This document shows positions 37,466-48,486 of a stretch of 64,000 nucleotides of DNA, in pieces. Within the stretch, counting starts at the first letter, position 1; each line of letters opens with the position of its first letter. The notes below the pieces were generated by a model. That model was not told the origin of the DNA. It made no database searches and was given only the letters and a program-made list of their open reading frames with translations. The DNA is taken from NCBI GenBank assembly GCA_965247985.1, contig OZ252051.1, forward strand, positions 53,953-117,952, read 5' to 3'. Position numbers and translations under genes: made by a program. This DNA is from an uncultured Candidatus Binatia bacterium (GTDB taxonomy: Bacteria > Desulfobacterota > Binatia > Bin18).

Positions 37466-38311
37466 TTAATCTCGCTCAGCAATCCAACGGACCATGGCCC
37501 GAAATTTTTCCGCTCCGTCCTTGAGTGTGACTGCAACGTCGGTGAGGTCGTCGTAGTAGGTTTTCTCAGAGTTCTCTTCTAATGCCAGGCCGGCCCGGTA
37601 GCTGTCGAGCGCCCCGCGTTCGAGCAGGTTCTTATAACGTTTCACCATGACCGGGTGGTTCTGCGACATGAGCCGTGCGATGTTCAGACTCTCACGATCA
37701 AGTTCTTCGTTGGTTGCGAATACACATTGTACCAGCCCCCAGTTAAAAGCGAGTTGGGCGTCGATCGGATACGCCGCCATTGTTGCCAGCTTAGCGTTGT
37801 TCATACCACACACCTGGGCAAGCCGCTGTGAAATGCGCCGTCCAGGGTGTACGCCGTATTTGGCGTGATTGTCCATAAAAACCGCCCGCTCTGAAGCAAG
37901 AAGCACGTCGCAACACAGCGCGAGTTCAAAACCGCCCGTCACCGTTGGACCATTGACCGCACCAATGATCGGAAAGGGACACTCCCACATTGCCCGAAAC
38001 GGGTCGCCGGCAGGCGTGATGCTCCCTTCCAGATACTCATCGAGCTTTCCGATATCGAGCCCAACGGTGAACGCACGGCCCTCGGCGCGTAATATGACGG
38101 CTCGGACTCTGTCGTTATTCGGGTCAGGATTGCGCAGGGCAGTAATGCCGTCGAAGGCTTCTGCGATAGCGCGCATAAAGCCACTGCTGAGTACGTTGAA
38201 CTCCTGCGGATTATTCATTGTGACGACAAAGAGTCCCTCGCCTCCGTTCACTTCGTCTACGAGGACGCTCTCGTTGTCGCCGTAGCTGGCAATGCGTGTT
38301 CGATCGGTCAT
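37466..38311 (-). CDS. enoyl-CoA hydratase/isomerase (crotonase) family
   Basis: AVILRAEGRAFTVGLDIGKL and oxyanion-hole GAVNGPTVTGG. 281 aa. Confidence 0.85.
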   Translation of the reverse strand: MTDRTRIASYGDNESVLVDEVNGGEGLFVVTMNNPQEFNVLSSGFMRAIAEAFDGITALRNPDPNNDRVRAVILRAEGRAFTVGLDIGKLDEYLEGSITPAGDPFRAMWECPFPIIGAVNGPTVTGGFELALCCDVLLASERAVFMDNHAKYGVHPGRRISQRLAQVCGMNNAKLATMAAYPIDAQLAFNWGLVQCVFATNEELDRESLNIARLMSQNHPVMVKRYKNLLERGALDSYRAGLALEENSEKTYYDDLTDVAVTLKDGAEKFRAMVRWIAERD

Positions 38312-38481
38312 TTCATCACCTCCTGCTTCCTGCAGATAATCGGCCCAAAGTTTTGGTCCCAGCGTGAAAGTCTGAGTTGTAGAGGGAATCGGAGAGACGA
38401 AAAAGCCCGGATATCCATCAACGGCAGGGACATGGGCCGCTTATGGGTTAGACACATCAGGGGAGGCAGGCTATTTCATTA

Positions 38482-38505
38482 GGGATTAGGGATTAGGGGT
38501 TGGGG
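38482..38505 (+). promoter_or_regulatory. telomere-like TTAGGGA repeats forming a canonical G-quadruplex motif (G3-N4-G3-N4-G4-N2-G4) ~50 bp upstream of mrpA
   Basis: Seen directly: aGGGattaGGGattaGGGGttGGGGa on the coding strand of the mrp operon. Confidence 0.45.
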
Positions 38506-38553
38506 ACTCATGGCCCTTGCTAAGTTTGTTCTGTAATCAGTAAGCATGGTGAT

Positions 38554-41316
38554 GTGAACGGCGTGCCTGGATTCCTCCTTATCAGCCTGATTCTCCTGCC
38601 CTTACTCGGCTCGCTGGTGGCCTGGCCGGAGCGGTGGCGCCGGCGTTTGGCGCCGGCCTATAGCCTCGTTCCGATTCTTCAACTGCTGATCGTCAGCTCA
38701 TTCTGGACAACGGTCCAGGCCGGAGAGGGGATTCAGTGCTCCTGGCCGTGGGCGCCGAGCCTGGGGCTGTATCTGAGTTTCAGTCTGGACGGCCTGAGCT
38801 GGCTCTTCACCGGTCTGATCTCGGGTGTGGGCGTGTTCGTTTTTGTCTATGCCGCGTTCTACATGGCTGACGACCCCACGCTGTCACGCCTCTACCGTTT
38901 GCTGCTCTTGTTTAACGCCGCCATGATGGGCGTTGTGCTGGCCGACAACCTGGTCTTATTGCTGGTTTTCTGGGAGTTGACGAGCGTCTCGTCTTTTCTG
39001 CTCATCGGTTTTCGCTCCCATCGGGCGGCGGCGTGTGAAGGCGCGAGCAAGGCGTTTGGTCTGACGGCGATTGGCGGCCTGGTCATGCTGTTCGGCATTT
39101 TGGCTGTGTATGCCGAGCACGGGACCTTCGAACTGTCGGTCCTGATTGCCAACTCCACCCCCATATCGACGGCGGCGGGACTGTGCTTCCTGGCTGCTGC
39201 TTTCACCAAGTCGGCTCAGTTTCCGTTCCATATCTGGCTGCCGTCGGCCATGGAGGCACCCACCCCGGTGAGCGCCTATCTGCATGCCGCCACCATGGTC
39301 AAAGCCGGGCTGTATCTGATTGCTCGGCTGACACCGTTATTTGCGGACGACCCCACCTGGTCGGCCACGGTGACCAGTGTGGGTACGGTCACCCTGGTGT
39401 GGGGAGGCGTGTTAGCCTGTAAGCAGGTTGATCTCAAAGCCTTGCTGGCTAACTCAACCGTGAGCCAACTGGGTTTGATCGTCCTCCTCCTTGGCCTGCA
39501 AACCGAAATCGCGCTCTTTGCGGCCGTCCTGCATATTCTCAACCACGCGGCGTTCAAGGGCGCGCTGTTTCTCACGGCCGGGACGGTCGAGCACGAAGCG
39601 GGGACACGCGACCTGCGTCAACTTGGCGGCCTGCGTCCCCTCATGCCGGTCTTAACTGCGGCGGCGACATTGGCTTCACTGTCCATGGCCGGCCTGCCGC
39701 CCTTAGGCGGCTTCCTGAGTAAAGAATTATTCTATGAGGGCGTCCTCGAAGCGGACCTGCTGCTAACGATACTGGTCGTCGCCGCCAGTTGTCTGACTTT
39801 TTTGTATTCTTTCATTTTCTTTCACGGGACGTTTTTCGCCCCGGCCTTACATCCACACCAGCAACATCATTCCTCCCCTCATGCTGAACAGCACTCCACG
39901 CTCGGTCTGATTGCACCTATTGTCGTTCTGAGCGGCTTGGCCGTGCTATTCGGGCTCGTCCCCAGTCTGGCTGAAGCACTGGTTACCCCAGCTTTTACCG
40001 TTATTCACGGTGCTCCACCCCAACTTCATCTTGCCTTGTGGCACGGCCTGACGCCGGCCCTGGGGTTGAGTGCGCTGACGGTTGTCCTTGGTGGCAGCGC
40101 CTTTTTGCTGCGGCAGCGTTTTCTTGGGGCCATACGCGAGCGGCAGGCCGCGTATTCGTTCAACCGGCTGTACGCAGACAGTCTGACCGGCTTCACCCGC
40201 CTCTTTCAATGGACACGGGCGCTGTACATGACCGGCTCGGTGACCGACTATGTCCGCTATCTCCTGGTCGCTCTCATTGTAGGGCTCAGTCTTCCATTAT
40301 GGCATTTCTTTGCGGTAACGCCGCTCCGGGTGGACATGGGGAACATGGTTCTCCCGGAATACTATGAGCTGGGACTGGCCGGGCTGATGGCGGGTGCCGG
40401 GGTCATGTGCTGCCGGGTCTACTCGCGTATTGTCCTCGTGCTGACGCTCAGCCTGGTCGGCGCGCTCATGGCGATTTTCTTCGTGCTCTTCAGCGCGCCG
40501 GACTTGGCCTTAACCCAGGTCCTGGTAGAAGCGGTCGGCCTCGTCCTGTTTCTCCTGGTCCTGCGTTACTTCTCGATCATGGTCGTTGTCCCTCAGCCAC
40601 ACACCTCATATGCGCGCGGGCTCAATATCGGGATTAGTGTGGGTACAGGTCTCCTGGTCAGCGGGCTGCTTTTTGCTGCTACTGTCGGCCCCTCGCTCCC
40701 CTCCCCTATTCCGTCCTATTATCTGTCGAACAGTCATCTCCTGGCCGGTGGACAAAACGTAGTCAACGTGATCCTGGTTGATTTTCGTGGCTTTGATACC
40801 ATGGGTGAGATTACGGTGTTTAGCGTTGCCGTCTTTGGTGTCTTTGCCATGGTTGAGCTGGGCGTCCGTGGGCAGCGCCCCTTGGGAACCATTCTTGTCT
40901 CCTTCCCCTCGCCTATTCTCCAGTCGTTTGCCCGGCTCACCCTCCATCTCATGCTGGTCTTTGCCATTTATTTGTTGTTGCGCGGCCACAATGCGCCGGG
41001 TGGCGGGTTTATCGCCGGTGTGCTCACCGCAGTGGCGATTACGTTTCAGATGATAGCTTTTCATGTGGAATCCTTCTCACAGGACATGCCCTGGAATCCG
41101 CTCCGCATGGTCGTGGTCGGACTCCTGCTTGCCGCCGGTACCGGTCTTGGCTCTTTACTCGTTGGCTATCCGTTTCTGACCAGTGCGATTGGCCATTATA
41201 CCTTTCCGCTGCTCGGTGAGGTTGAACTTGTCACCGCCATGGGTTTTGACATTGGTGTATACTTGGTCGTGGTCGGGACCTCGCTTGGCATTATTCGCAC
41301 TATTGCCGAGGATTGA
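38554..41316 (+). CDS. mrpA: Na+/H+ antiporter Mrp/Mnh subunit A (fused MrpA+MrpB, NuoL-like)
   Basis: 920-aa polytopic membrane protein with an NuoL/MnhA core and a C-terminal MrpB-like extension. GTG start. Confidence 0.9.
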   Translation: MNGVPGFLLISLILLPLLGSLVAWPERWRRRLAPAYSLVPILQLLIVSSFWTTVQAGEGIQCSWPWAPSLGLYLSFSLDGLSWLFTGLISGVGVFVFVYAAFYMADDPTLSRLYRLLLLFNAAMMGVVLADNLVLLLVFWELTSVSSFLLIGFRSHRAAACEGASKAFGLTAIGGLVMLFGILAVYAEHGTFELSVLIANSTPISTAAGLCFLAAAFTKSAQFPFHIWLPSAMEAPTPVSAYLHAATMVKAGLYLIARLTPLFADDPTWSATVTSVGTVTLVWGGVLACKQVDLKALLANSTVSQLGLIVLLLGLQTEIALFAAVLHILNHAAFKGALFLTAGTVEHEAGTRDLRQLGGLRPLMPVLTAAATLASLSMAGLPPLGGFLSKELFYEGVLEADLLLTILVVAASCLTFLYSFIFFHGTFFAPALHPHQQHHSSPHAEQHSTLGLIAPIVVLSGLAVLFGLVPSLAEALVTPAFTVIHGAPPQLHLALWHGLTPALGLSALTVVLGGSAFLLRQRFLGAIRERQAAYSFNRLYADSLTGFTRLFQWTRALYMTGSVTDYVRYLLVALIVGLSLPLWHFFAVTPLRVDMGNMVLPEYYELGLAGLMAGAGVMCCRVYSRIVLVLTLSLVGALMAIFFVLFSAPDLALTQVLVEAVGLVLFLLVLRYFSIMVVVPQPHTSYARGLNIGISVGTGLLVSGLLFAATVGPSLPSPIPSYYLSNSHLLAGGQNVVNVILVDFRGFDTMGEITVFSVAVFGVFAMVELGVRGQRPLGTILVSFPSPILQSFARLTLHLMLVFAIYLLLRGHNAPGGGFIAGVLTAVAITFQMIAFHVESFSQDMPWNPLRMVVVGLLLAAGTGLGSLLVGYPFLTSAIGHYTFPLLGEVELVTAMGFDIGVYLVVVGTSLGIIRTIAED

Positions 41317-41319
41317 CAC

Positions 41320-41652
41320 GTGGAATTCGTTATTATCAGCGTGATCGGCATCCTGTTTGGCTGTGGGACGTATTTGATCTTGCAGAAGCATTTATTGCGG
41401 GTGATCGTGGGCTTGTCGTTGTACTCACACGGGGCCAATCTCGCGCTCATGGTCTCAGGAGGTCTGAATCAGGGCAATCCTCCTCTGCTCACGACCGAGG
41501 CGCCGTACGTTGATCCGCTCCCCCAGGCGTTAGTCTTAACCGCGATTGTGATCAGTTTTGGTATGACCGCATTTGCAACGGTCTTAGCCTTTCGGGTCAG
41601 ACAAGTGTACGGGTCGGATGCAGTTGATGAATTAGCTGGGGGAGAAGAGTGA
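41320..41652 (+). CDS. mrpC: Mrp antiporter subunit C (NuoK-like)
   Basis: 110 aa, 3 TM. 3-bp spacer after mrpA. Confidence 0.85.
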   Translation: MEFVIISVIGILFGCGTYLILQKHLLRVIVGLSLYSHGANLALMVSGGLNQGNPPLLTTEAPYVDPLPQALVLTAIVISFGMTAFATVLAFRVRQVYGSDAVDELAGGEE

Positions 41653-41686
41653 GGGGGCTCGGGGGAGACTTCCCCCGTGAAAACAC

Positions 41687-43192
41687 ATGATGCCTCCAGA
41701 CTTGTTCGTCCTCTTTATTATGGGTCCGGTTGTCACGGCAGCCTTTTTAGCAGCTTTTCATAAACGGAACGTATTTCAGCGTGGGGTGAGTCTCAGCGTC
41801 AGTCTGGGGCTGTGGGGGCTGTCCGTCGTGGGTCTGCTCTCTCTGTTGCAAGACGGCCAGCAGGGGATTGTCGTGCTGCGGATGGGCAACTGGGCCGCGC
41901 CTTACGGCATTATCCTGGTTGCCGACGTACTCAGTATGACTATGGTCGTCCTGACCATGACGGTTGCGGTTGCCGTGGTGGCCTTCTCGCTGCGAACGGT
42001 TGAGCAAGCGTATCAGGAGCATTTTTATTACCCACTCTTCTTTATTCTCATTATGGGTGTGAACGGTGCCTTTCTCACTGGAGATTTATTCAATCTGTTT
42101 GTCTTTTTTGAAGTGTTGCTGATCGCGTCGTTTGCGCTCCTAGCCCTTGGCTCACAACCGGGCCAACTGCGAGAGACGGTCAAATACGTGGTTATTAACC
42201 TGATCGCCTCGACCTTTTTTCTGATCAGCCTGGCCGTGCTGTATCGAACGATGGGCACGCTCAATATGGCGGACCTGGCCTATAAGATTCAGATGACGTC
42301 CGGGGAGCTGGACCCGACGCTGACAATTTTGGCCCTGGTCTTCTTGTTTGTGTTTGGCACCAAGGCGGCAATCTTTCCGCTCTATTTTTGGCTGCCCGGA
42401 CCGTATTTCCAGCCCGCAGCGGGATTGAGTGCGTTTTTTGGTGGGATTCTGACCAAGGTGGGCGTGTATGCCATCTTCCGCACATTTACGCTGATCTTCC
42501 GTCATGACCCATCCATGACCCATGAACTCCTGCTTATTCTGGCTGCCCTGACTATATTACTGGGCGTCTTTGGCGCGTTGTCCCAGATGGATATGAAGCG
42601 CATTTTGTCCTACCACATCATCAGTCAGATCGGCTATCTCATTCTGGGTATAGGCTTGTTTACGCCTCAGGCGTTGGCCGGCGCCCTCTTTTATATGGTG
42701 CCGTACGTACTGGCGAAGTCGGCACTCTTCTTGATTGCTGGCGTCGTGCAGGAGGCAACCGGCTCGACCCACCTCAAAGCGGTGGGTGGTCTGCAATCCC
42801 ACTCAATACCCTTGAGTATTCTCTTTTTACTGGCAGCATTGAGCCTTGCCGGTATTCCTCCGTTAGCTGGGTTTTTTAGTAAGTTTATCGTATTACAGGC
42901 AGGTATGGAGATTGGTCGCTACGGCTATGTCGGCATTGGGCTCTTGGGTGGCCTCCTGACTTTGGCCTCTATGCTCAAAATCTGGAATGGAATCTTCTGG
43001 GGCGAAGAAGTAGGCGACCGCCGGCCAGTGTCGCTCCAACCCCTCTTCCCCGGTGTTGTCCTGCTCGTCTTTTTCATTGTTGGGATCGGGTTGTTTCCAG
43101 GTGTACTGTACAGCGTGACTAAGGTGGCCGCCGCACAAGTCTATGATCCGCGTGTATATATTGCTGCGGTCTTGGGACCAGACGTCTTTTGA
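41687..43192 (+). CDS. mrpD: Mrp antiporter subunit D (NuoN/NuoM-like)
   Basis: 501-aa polytopic protein of the proton-pumping antiporter family. Confidence 0.9.
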   Translation: MMPPDLFVLFIMGPVVTAAFLAAFHKRNVFQRGVSLSVSLGLWGLSVVGLLSLLQDGQQGIVVLRMGNWAAPYGIILVADVLSMTMVVLTMTVAVAVVAFSLRTVEQAYQEHFYYPLFFILIMGVNGAFLTGDLFNLFVFFEVLLIASFALLALGSQPGQLRETVKYVVINLIASTFFLISLAVLYRTMGTLNMADLAYKIQMTSGELDPTLTILALVFLFVFGTKAAIFPLYFWLPGPYFQPAAGLSAFFGGILTKVGVYAIFRTFTLIFRHDPSMTHELLLILAALTILLGVFGALSQMDMKRILSYHIISQIGYLILGIGLFTPQALAGALFYMVPYVLAKSALFLIAGVVQEATGSTHLKAVGGLQSHSIPLSILFLLAALSLAGIPPLAGFFSKFIVLQAGMEIGRYGYVGIGLLGGLLTLASMLKIWNGIFWGEEVGDRRPVSLQPLFPGVVLLVFFIVGIGLFPGVLYSVTKVAAAQVYDPRVYIAAVLGPDVF

Positions 43193-43204
43193 ATGCGGAG
43201 TTGA

Positions 43205-43699
43205 TTGAGAGCCCTCATTATGGTGACTCGTCTTTTTTTCAATATCATTCTGGCTTTCGTCTGGTGCTTGCTGCAAGGCGAGATATCCTTGCGTCAGTTC
43301 ATGATTGGCTCTCTGGTCGGCCTCTTGGCCATGCTGTTCTTCCCACGCTCCTTTCACCAAGAGCGGCGCTATTTCCGTAAGGTCACGCTGAGCGTGCAAC
43401 TCGTATTCTTCTTTGTGAAGGAACTCCTGATTGCCAATTGGACGGTGGTCAGACAGGTCCTGGCTCCTGAACTCAAAATACAGTCCGGCATTGTTGCCTA
43501 CCCATTGTCATTGCAGAACGATGTCCTGATTACCTTGCTGGCAAATATGATTACCCTGACGCCGGGAACGCTATCGGTAGAGGTTGCTCCAGATCGGCAG
43601 TTTTTATTTATTCACTTTCTTGATGTCGATGATGTGGAGGAAGAAATCCGCATCATTAAAGACGGATTTGAACACTATCTCCTGCTCATTGCCCAATGA
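43205..43699 (+). CDS. mrpE: Mrp antiporter subunit E
   Basis: 164 aa. Operon position and MnhE-like N-terminus. Confidence 0.75.
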   Translation: MRALIMVTRLFFNIILAFVWCLLQGEISLRQFMIGSLVGLLAMLFFPRSFHQERRYFRKVTLSVQLVFFFVKELLIANWTVVRQVLAPELKIQSGIVAYPLSLQNDVLITLLANMITLTPGTLSVEVAPDRQFLFIHFLDVDDVEEEIRIIKDGFEHYLLLIAQ

Positions 43700-43998
43700 T
43701 TACGCCATTTGTCTCTGCCGTCGTGTTAGTCGGTATCACGCTCTCGGTCTTACTCAGTGCGTATCGCGCTCTCCGTGGTCCCACGATTCCCGACCGGGTT
43801 GTGGCTCTCGATAATATTTCGACCAATCTGGTTGCCGCCATTATTGTTGTTTCGATCCGTGCTCAGAGTGCGATGTATATCGATGTTGCCCTGGTGCTCG
43901 CCATTCTCTCCTTTTTAGGAACGGTCGCAGCAGCCAAATATCTTCTTGGAGGAACGGTTATTGATGGAAGTTCCTTACACACTCGACGCCCTCGTTAG
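43696..43998 (+). CDS. mrpF: Mrp antiporter subunit F
   Basis: 100 aa, 3 TM. 4-nt overlap with mrpE. Confidence 0.75.
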   Translation: MITPFVSAVVLVGITLSVLLSAYRALRGPTIPDRVVALDNISTNLVAAIIVVSIRAQSAMYIDVALVLAILSFLGTVAAAKYLLGGTVIDGSSLHTRRPR

Positions 43999-44320
43999 TA
44001 TCCTCTTACTCATCGGCTTGTTTTTTCTCCTGACCGGGACCTTTGGCTTGTTACGGCTGAAGGATGTCTACACGCGCATGCACGCAACGAGTAAGAGCAC
44101 GACGTTTGGAGTGGCTGGGATGGTGCTGGCGGCGCTGTTCTACCTTCGGTATTTGGGGCTGTCCTCCGGCCTGAAAGAGTTTCTGATTGTTATCTTTCTC
44201 TTTCTGACCGCCCCGGTTGGGGCGCATATGATCGCCCGGGCCGCCTACCGTACGGGCGTTTCGTTATGGCAGGGCGGCGTGGTGGATGATTTTAAGAAAT
44301 GGCTGGACGAAAATCAGTAG
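43964..44320 (+). CDS. mrpG: Mrp antiporter subunit G
   Basis: Start at ATG 43964 after GGAGGAA. 118 aa, 3 TM. Last gene of the operon. Confidence 0.75.
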   Translation: MEVPYTLDALVSILLLIGLFFLLTGTFGLLRLKDVYTRMHATSKSTTFGVAGMVLAALFYLRYLGLSSGLKEFLIVIFLFLTAPVGAHMIARAAYRTGVSLWQGGVVDDFKKWLDENQ

Positions 44321-44348
44321 GGCCGCGGTCCGGCCCAAGTCCAGACGT

Positions 44349-45371
44349 TTAGTGCAGTCCCGGCATCACTTCTCTGGCAAAGAGTTCCATCGAGCGTTGG
44401 CTCTTCACCGGGTCGAGGCCGGGGAGGTGCATGCCAAGGACGAGATGCGTCGTGCGCACATCTTTTGTAAACCGCTCAATCTCACGCCCGATTTCTTCTG
44501 GGGTGCCGATCATAGGGCTGGCAAGCAATTGCTCAGGATTCTTACGTAATTCGGCAGGAGACGGCACTTGGCTGAACTGCTCAGCGCCGGGAAAGTCTTT
44601 TGCCTCGGACAGCCAGCGGCCATACCAAGTCAGCATATAGTGCAGATGGTCTTGGACTTCATCCCAGGCTTGAGCGTGGCTTGGGGCGGCATACGCCCAG
44701 CGCAACTGCGCCGCATGGTAATCTTTGGGATCGCGACCATGCTGGCGCAGCGCGGCATCATACGCTTCCTGGGCTTCTGAGGCCCCGCCACCGAGAAAGT
44801 GACAGCCCATGCGGGCGGCCCGCTCAATCGCCTTTGGCGCGTTAGCACCGATCCACAACGGCGGGTGTGGGCTCTGAGCTGGTTTGGGCTCAAGCCGAAT
44901 CTCTTTCAACTGATAGTGCTTGCCTTCATAAGAGAAGGGGTCTTGGGTCCATATGCCCCGGATGACCTCAACTCCTTCCTCCATGCGCGAGCCGCGCTCC
45001 TTGCGCGGGATGCCATAGCCTGCAAACTCGGCAGGGGTATAGCCCTGCCCCAGGCCCATGTCAAAGCGCCCATTGGAAAGGATATCCACCGTTGCTGCAT
45101 CTTCAGCAACCCGCACGGCATTGTGCAAGGGTAAGAGGAGAAGAAATGTACCAATACGCACCCGACTCGTCATAGCGGCAAGCGCCCCAGCAATCGGCAG
45201 CAGCGCAGGTGAGTAGCCGTCTTCGGCAAAGTGATGTTCAGTCAGCCAAATCGTGTCATAGCCGAGTTCCTCGGCGAGCTGAGCCTGACGCAATTGCTCA
45301 GCATAGAACTGGGTAAACGGTTTGCGCCATTGGGGGGGATTCCGAAAGGGAAAGAGTAAACCGATATCCAT
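44349..45371 (-). CDS. LLM family flavin-dependent oxidoreductase
   Basis: 340 aa LLM fold. Convergent with mrpG. Confidence 0.85.
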   Translation of the reverse strand: MDIGLLFPFRNPPQWRKPFTQFYAEQLRQAQLAEELGYDTIWLTEHHFAEDGYSPALLPIAGALAAMTSRVRIGTFLLLLPLHNAVRVAEDAATVDILSNGRFDMGLGQGYTPAEFAGYGIPRKERGSRMEEGVEVIRGIWTQDPFSYEGKHYQLKEIRLEPKPAQSPHPPLWIGANAPKAIERAARMGCHFLGGGASEAQEAYDAALRQHGRDPKDYHAAQLRWAYAAPSHAQAWDEVQDHLHYMLTWYGRWLSEAKDFPGAEQFSQVPSPAELRKNPEQLLASPMIGTPEEIGREIERFTKDVRTTHLVLGMHLPGLDPVKSQRSMELFAREVMPGLH

Positions 45372-45399
45372 AAGGCCCTCCTTTTACCTTTTCCTCACC

Positions 45400-46539
45400 C
45401 TAACCAGCTTCGTTCAAATCAATATTGTACAGCCGGGTGACATTCTCACAAACGACTTTTCTTTTTACCTCTTCACTTGTACCTTGGAAGTTCCGTTCCA
45501 CGGCTTCGCGCGATCGCGGCCAAGTAGCCATGAGATGGGGATAATCGCTCGACCACATATAGTTGTCCGTACCAAAAAGGTCACAGTTGCGGACTCCGAC
45601 CTCATCATCGATAAATGTTGCATACACCTGGCGGCGGAAATATTCGCTGGGCAGCATGCTCAGCTTGACGCCCTGCCAGGTACCAAGTTTCACCGAACCA
45701 AGCTTGTGAAACGCCATATCTGCCCGAGCCAGGAAGTGTGGCACCCAGCCAATATCATTCTCAGCAGAAACAATTTTGAGATTGGGGAAGCGCTCTAATA
45801 CTCCGCCAAATATTAGGCTGGTGAATGTTCGTTGCACTTCATGTGGAATACTCATCACGCGCAGGAACAGATTAGAATCATAGCGGCTCTCTTTGCCATG
45901 TCCTGTTCCGAGGTGCAAACTAAGCGGCATCCCCAATTCCTGCGCCTCCGCCCAGAACGGGTCATAGAGACTGTCCGCGTAGTCCTGCCCTTCAGGGGGA
46001 GAACACATAATGAGAGCGCCTCGTAACCCCAGCTTTGCGCTCCGTCGCAGTTCCGTAATCCCCGCCTCAATATCCAGCAAAGAGATCATGGCTAAGCCCA
46101 GCAGGCGTTTCGCATCATACTGGCACAGTTCAGCCAGCCAGTCGTTGTAGACGCGGAAGAGTTCACGCTGAAACGGCTCGTCTAACAATCCAAACAAACG
46201 GAACCCCAGCGTGGTGTAGATGACCTCGGCCTCAACGCCATCGAGTGCCATGTCTTTGAGACGTGGGGCAGCCTCCCAGCCACCGGGCAGGCCATCGTCA
46301 TAATTCGTAGCTTTTTGGAACTCGTTGTACTCGCTCGGGTCCTTGCCCGCGGCAAAGGTCAGCGAGGCCGGTCGCGGCTCCAGTCCCTCACACATAAACC
46401 ACTCGCCCTTGAGATTACCAGGGTTTGTCATAACCTGCGGCGCGCGGTCACGAAACTGAGTATTCATCCGCTCAACCCATAGCTTACGTGGTTCAATAAC
46501 GTGCGAATCGGCGGAAATCATCATACCCTGTTCTGCCAT
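45400..46539 (-). CDS. amidohydrolase-2 family protein, paralog 3
   Basis: ISADSHVIEPRKLW N-terminal motif. 379 aa. Confidence 0.85.
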   Translation of the reverse strand: MAEQGMMISADSHVIEPRKLWVERMNTQFRDRAPQVMTNPGNLKGEWFMCEGLEPRPASLTFAAGKDPSEYNEFQKATNYDDGLPGGWEAAPRLKDMALDGVEAEVIYTTLGFRLFGLLDEPFQRELFRVYNDWLAELCQYDAKRLLGLAMISLLDIEAGITELRRSAKLGLRGALIMCSPPEGQDYADSLYDPFWAEAQELGMPLSLHLGTGHGKESRYDSNLFLRVMSIPHEVQRTFTSLIFGGVLERFPNLKIVSAENDIGWVPHFLARADMAFHKLGSVKLGTWQGVKLSMLPSEYFRRQVYATFIDDEVGVRNCDLFGTDNYMWSSDYPHLMATWPRSREAVERNFQGTSEEVKRKVVCENVTRLYNIDLNEAG

Positions 46540-46677
46540 TATGAGTCCTCCTTTCGATCGCTGCCTCCCTAACGAATCCCATAAAATCGGGGGCAGAGTT
46601 TCTACCCGGCCCCCGTGCGAAAGATCGGAATGGGGGAGCGTACGCTCACACCATGACCGAACACTCCCTCAGCCTAG

Positions 46678-46700
46678 CCCTCTCCCACGAGGGGAGAGAG
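46678..46700. repeat. CCCTCTCCC-acga-GGGGAGAGAG hairpin, copy e
   Basis: Flank CCCTCAGCCTAG matches copies a and f. Intergenic between tandem minus-strand genes. Confidence 0.45.
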
Positions 46701-46723
46701 AATCTGTGTGTATTGCTAATAGC

Positions 46724-48457
46724 CTATAACTGATTACATCGGATTAACTTACCCGGCAGCGCTCCGGTGGACTGGCCGTCCTCGAAGCTCACATCCCCGT
46801 TGACCATGATCCAGCGGTAGCCCTCTGCGCCTTGCACACGACGCCAGTTGTTGGGTGGTACATCGTGGAGGATTTCAGTTGGCTTAACAGCAAGCTTTTC
46901 GAGATCGTAGACCAGAATATCAGCCGCCAGGCCTTCCCGCAGACAGCCACGATCCTTGAACCCCGCCGTCCAGGCCGGCAGATAGCTCAGGTGATAGTGG
47001 GCCTGTTCCAGCGTAATGGTCTCTGTATCCCGCACCATCCAGGTCAGCAGATCCGTGACATACGCACCCAGGGTCTGGAACTTGGTGTGCGCACCGCCAT
47101 CGGAAAAGCCGGCGACCGTACGGTGGCTTAAGAGCTCCTTACAGTACTCAGGCTTCTGGTTCCGCATCGGGGTGAGCCATTCGGTCTTCCAGTTGTCGGC
47201 TGCTGAGATATCAAGGAGCACATCAACAGCATGCTTGTTCTCTTCCCGGGCAATGTCTCCCACCAACCGATCCCGGTACTTATTTCTCAGCTCCTCGTTG
47301 TTCACCCCTCTACACAAAAAGGTGGCGATGTCACCCAAGGCTCTGGGCTGCTTGGTCCGATCATACTCAGCCTTCATAGACGCCCGCAGGTCGGGGTTGG
47401 CGAGCTTTGTCTTCCGCTCCTCTTCGGTTCCTAACGTCGCTTCCCGCCACGCATCCACATTGTCAAAGAGGTTCCATTCGTCCGAGAACGAAAAACGGAA
47501 ATCGAGGCGCTTCGTCAAGCCGTGCGCCACCAACGGTACACCCTTCTTATTGTATTCGTCCACCACACTCAGCATGGTGCGGAATATTTCCGGCTTCTCA
47601 TCGGTCACTAGCACCGCGTTAAAGATGAGTGGATGGGTTGCCAATTCGGCTAGCTGCCCACCGAAACTCATATCCCGCCGGTTGCCCTCCAGACCTTCAT
47701 CAATGGCGCCAGAGTTCTGCGCAAACTGGATGGTACCGTGGTCATGCTTACTCATGCCCTTGGCCAAGGCCAGATAAAATTCATCTGACATCATGTCCGA
47801 GACCATCAGCGTGCCATCATAGTCCCGCTGGACCGAAGCTCCATAGCCGGTTAAGCGCTGGGCTGCCCAGCCGTTAGCGCCGACTGCCATCGCTTCATCC
47901 ATGATCTGGAGGATTTGATTCATCTCGGTGTCGTTCGGCTGGCGGCTCTTGGCTTGGTCCCAGCCACCCATCACATAGCTCACCAGCGGGGTGACAGGCA
48001 CCAGCTGGATCATGTTGATGCCTTTGGGCAGCCGATCGATGTGATCCATCCATTGCGGAAAGGTCTCCCAGGAGAAAGGCATCGTGGCCTTCATCGCATC
48101 AAACGGAATCGCTTCGTTGCGCTCCATCGAGTACATCGAGCGGTCCGCGTCCTTCTGGTGCACAGGCGCAAAGCCAAACCCACAGTTCCCATTGGTGACC
48201 GAGGTCACGCCGTGCCAGCTGCCTATGGTGCAATAGGGGTCCCAGTGGAGCGGGGCATCATAGTGAGCATGCAGGTCAACTGCCCCTGGAGCGACGATCA
48301 TCCCCGAGGCATCAAGGACTTTTGCGCCATCGTTGGTGTTAATCTTGCCGATTTTGGCAATCTTGCCATTTGTGATGCCGATATCAGTCTTGAGCGGCGG
48401 CATCAGCGTACCATCAACAACCGTTCCGCCTTTAATGACGGTATCAAACTGTGGCAT
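46724..48457 (-). CDS. D-aminoacylase / N-acyl-D-amino-acid deacylase family amidohydrolase (amidohydrolase-3)
   Basis: 577 aa. N-terminal DTVIKGGTVVDGT...APGAVDLHAHYD metal-binding HxH. Confidence 0.85.
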   Translation of the reverse strand: MPQFDTVIKGGTVVDGTLMPPLKTDIGITNGKIAKIGKINTNDGAKVLDASGMIVAPGAVDLHAHYDAPLHWDPYCTIGSWHGVTSVTNGNCGFGFAPVHQKDADRSMYSMERNEAIPFDAMKATMPFSWETFPQWMDHIDRLPKGINMIQLVPVTPLVSYVMGGWDQAKSRQPNDTEMNQILQIMDEAMAVGANGWAAQRLTGYGASVQRDYDGTLMVSDMMSDEFYLALAKGMSKHDHGTIQFAQNSGAIDEGLEGNRRDMSFGGQLAELATHPLIFNAVLVTDEKPEIFRTMLSVVDEYNKKGVPLVAHGLTKRLDFRFSFSDEWNLFDNVDAWREATLGTEEERKTKLANPDLRASMKAEYDRTKQPRALGDIATFLCRGVNNEELRNKYRDRLVGDIAREENKHAVDVLLDISAADNWKTEWLTPMRNQKPEYCKELLSHRTVAGFSDGGAHTKFQTLGAYVTDLLTWMVRDTETITLEQAHYHLSYLPAWTAGFKDRGCLREGLAADILVYDLEKLAVKPTEILHDVPPNNWRRVQGAEGYRWIMVNGDVSFEDGQSTGALPGKLIRCNQL

Positions 48458-48486
48458 AATACCCTCCTTGTTTTTAATAATGTTAT

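Noticed and set aside
37273-37536. 87-aa minus-strand ORF overlapping the 3' end of the crotonase gene (possible 38-aa peptide MDESHSSVVELKQLNKLLERGFVVYEDLREEVGRPKRH)
   Set aside because: Overlaps a confident gene by 70 nt. The non-overlapping part is very short and has no family resemblance.
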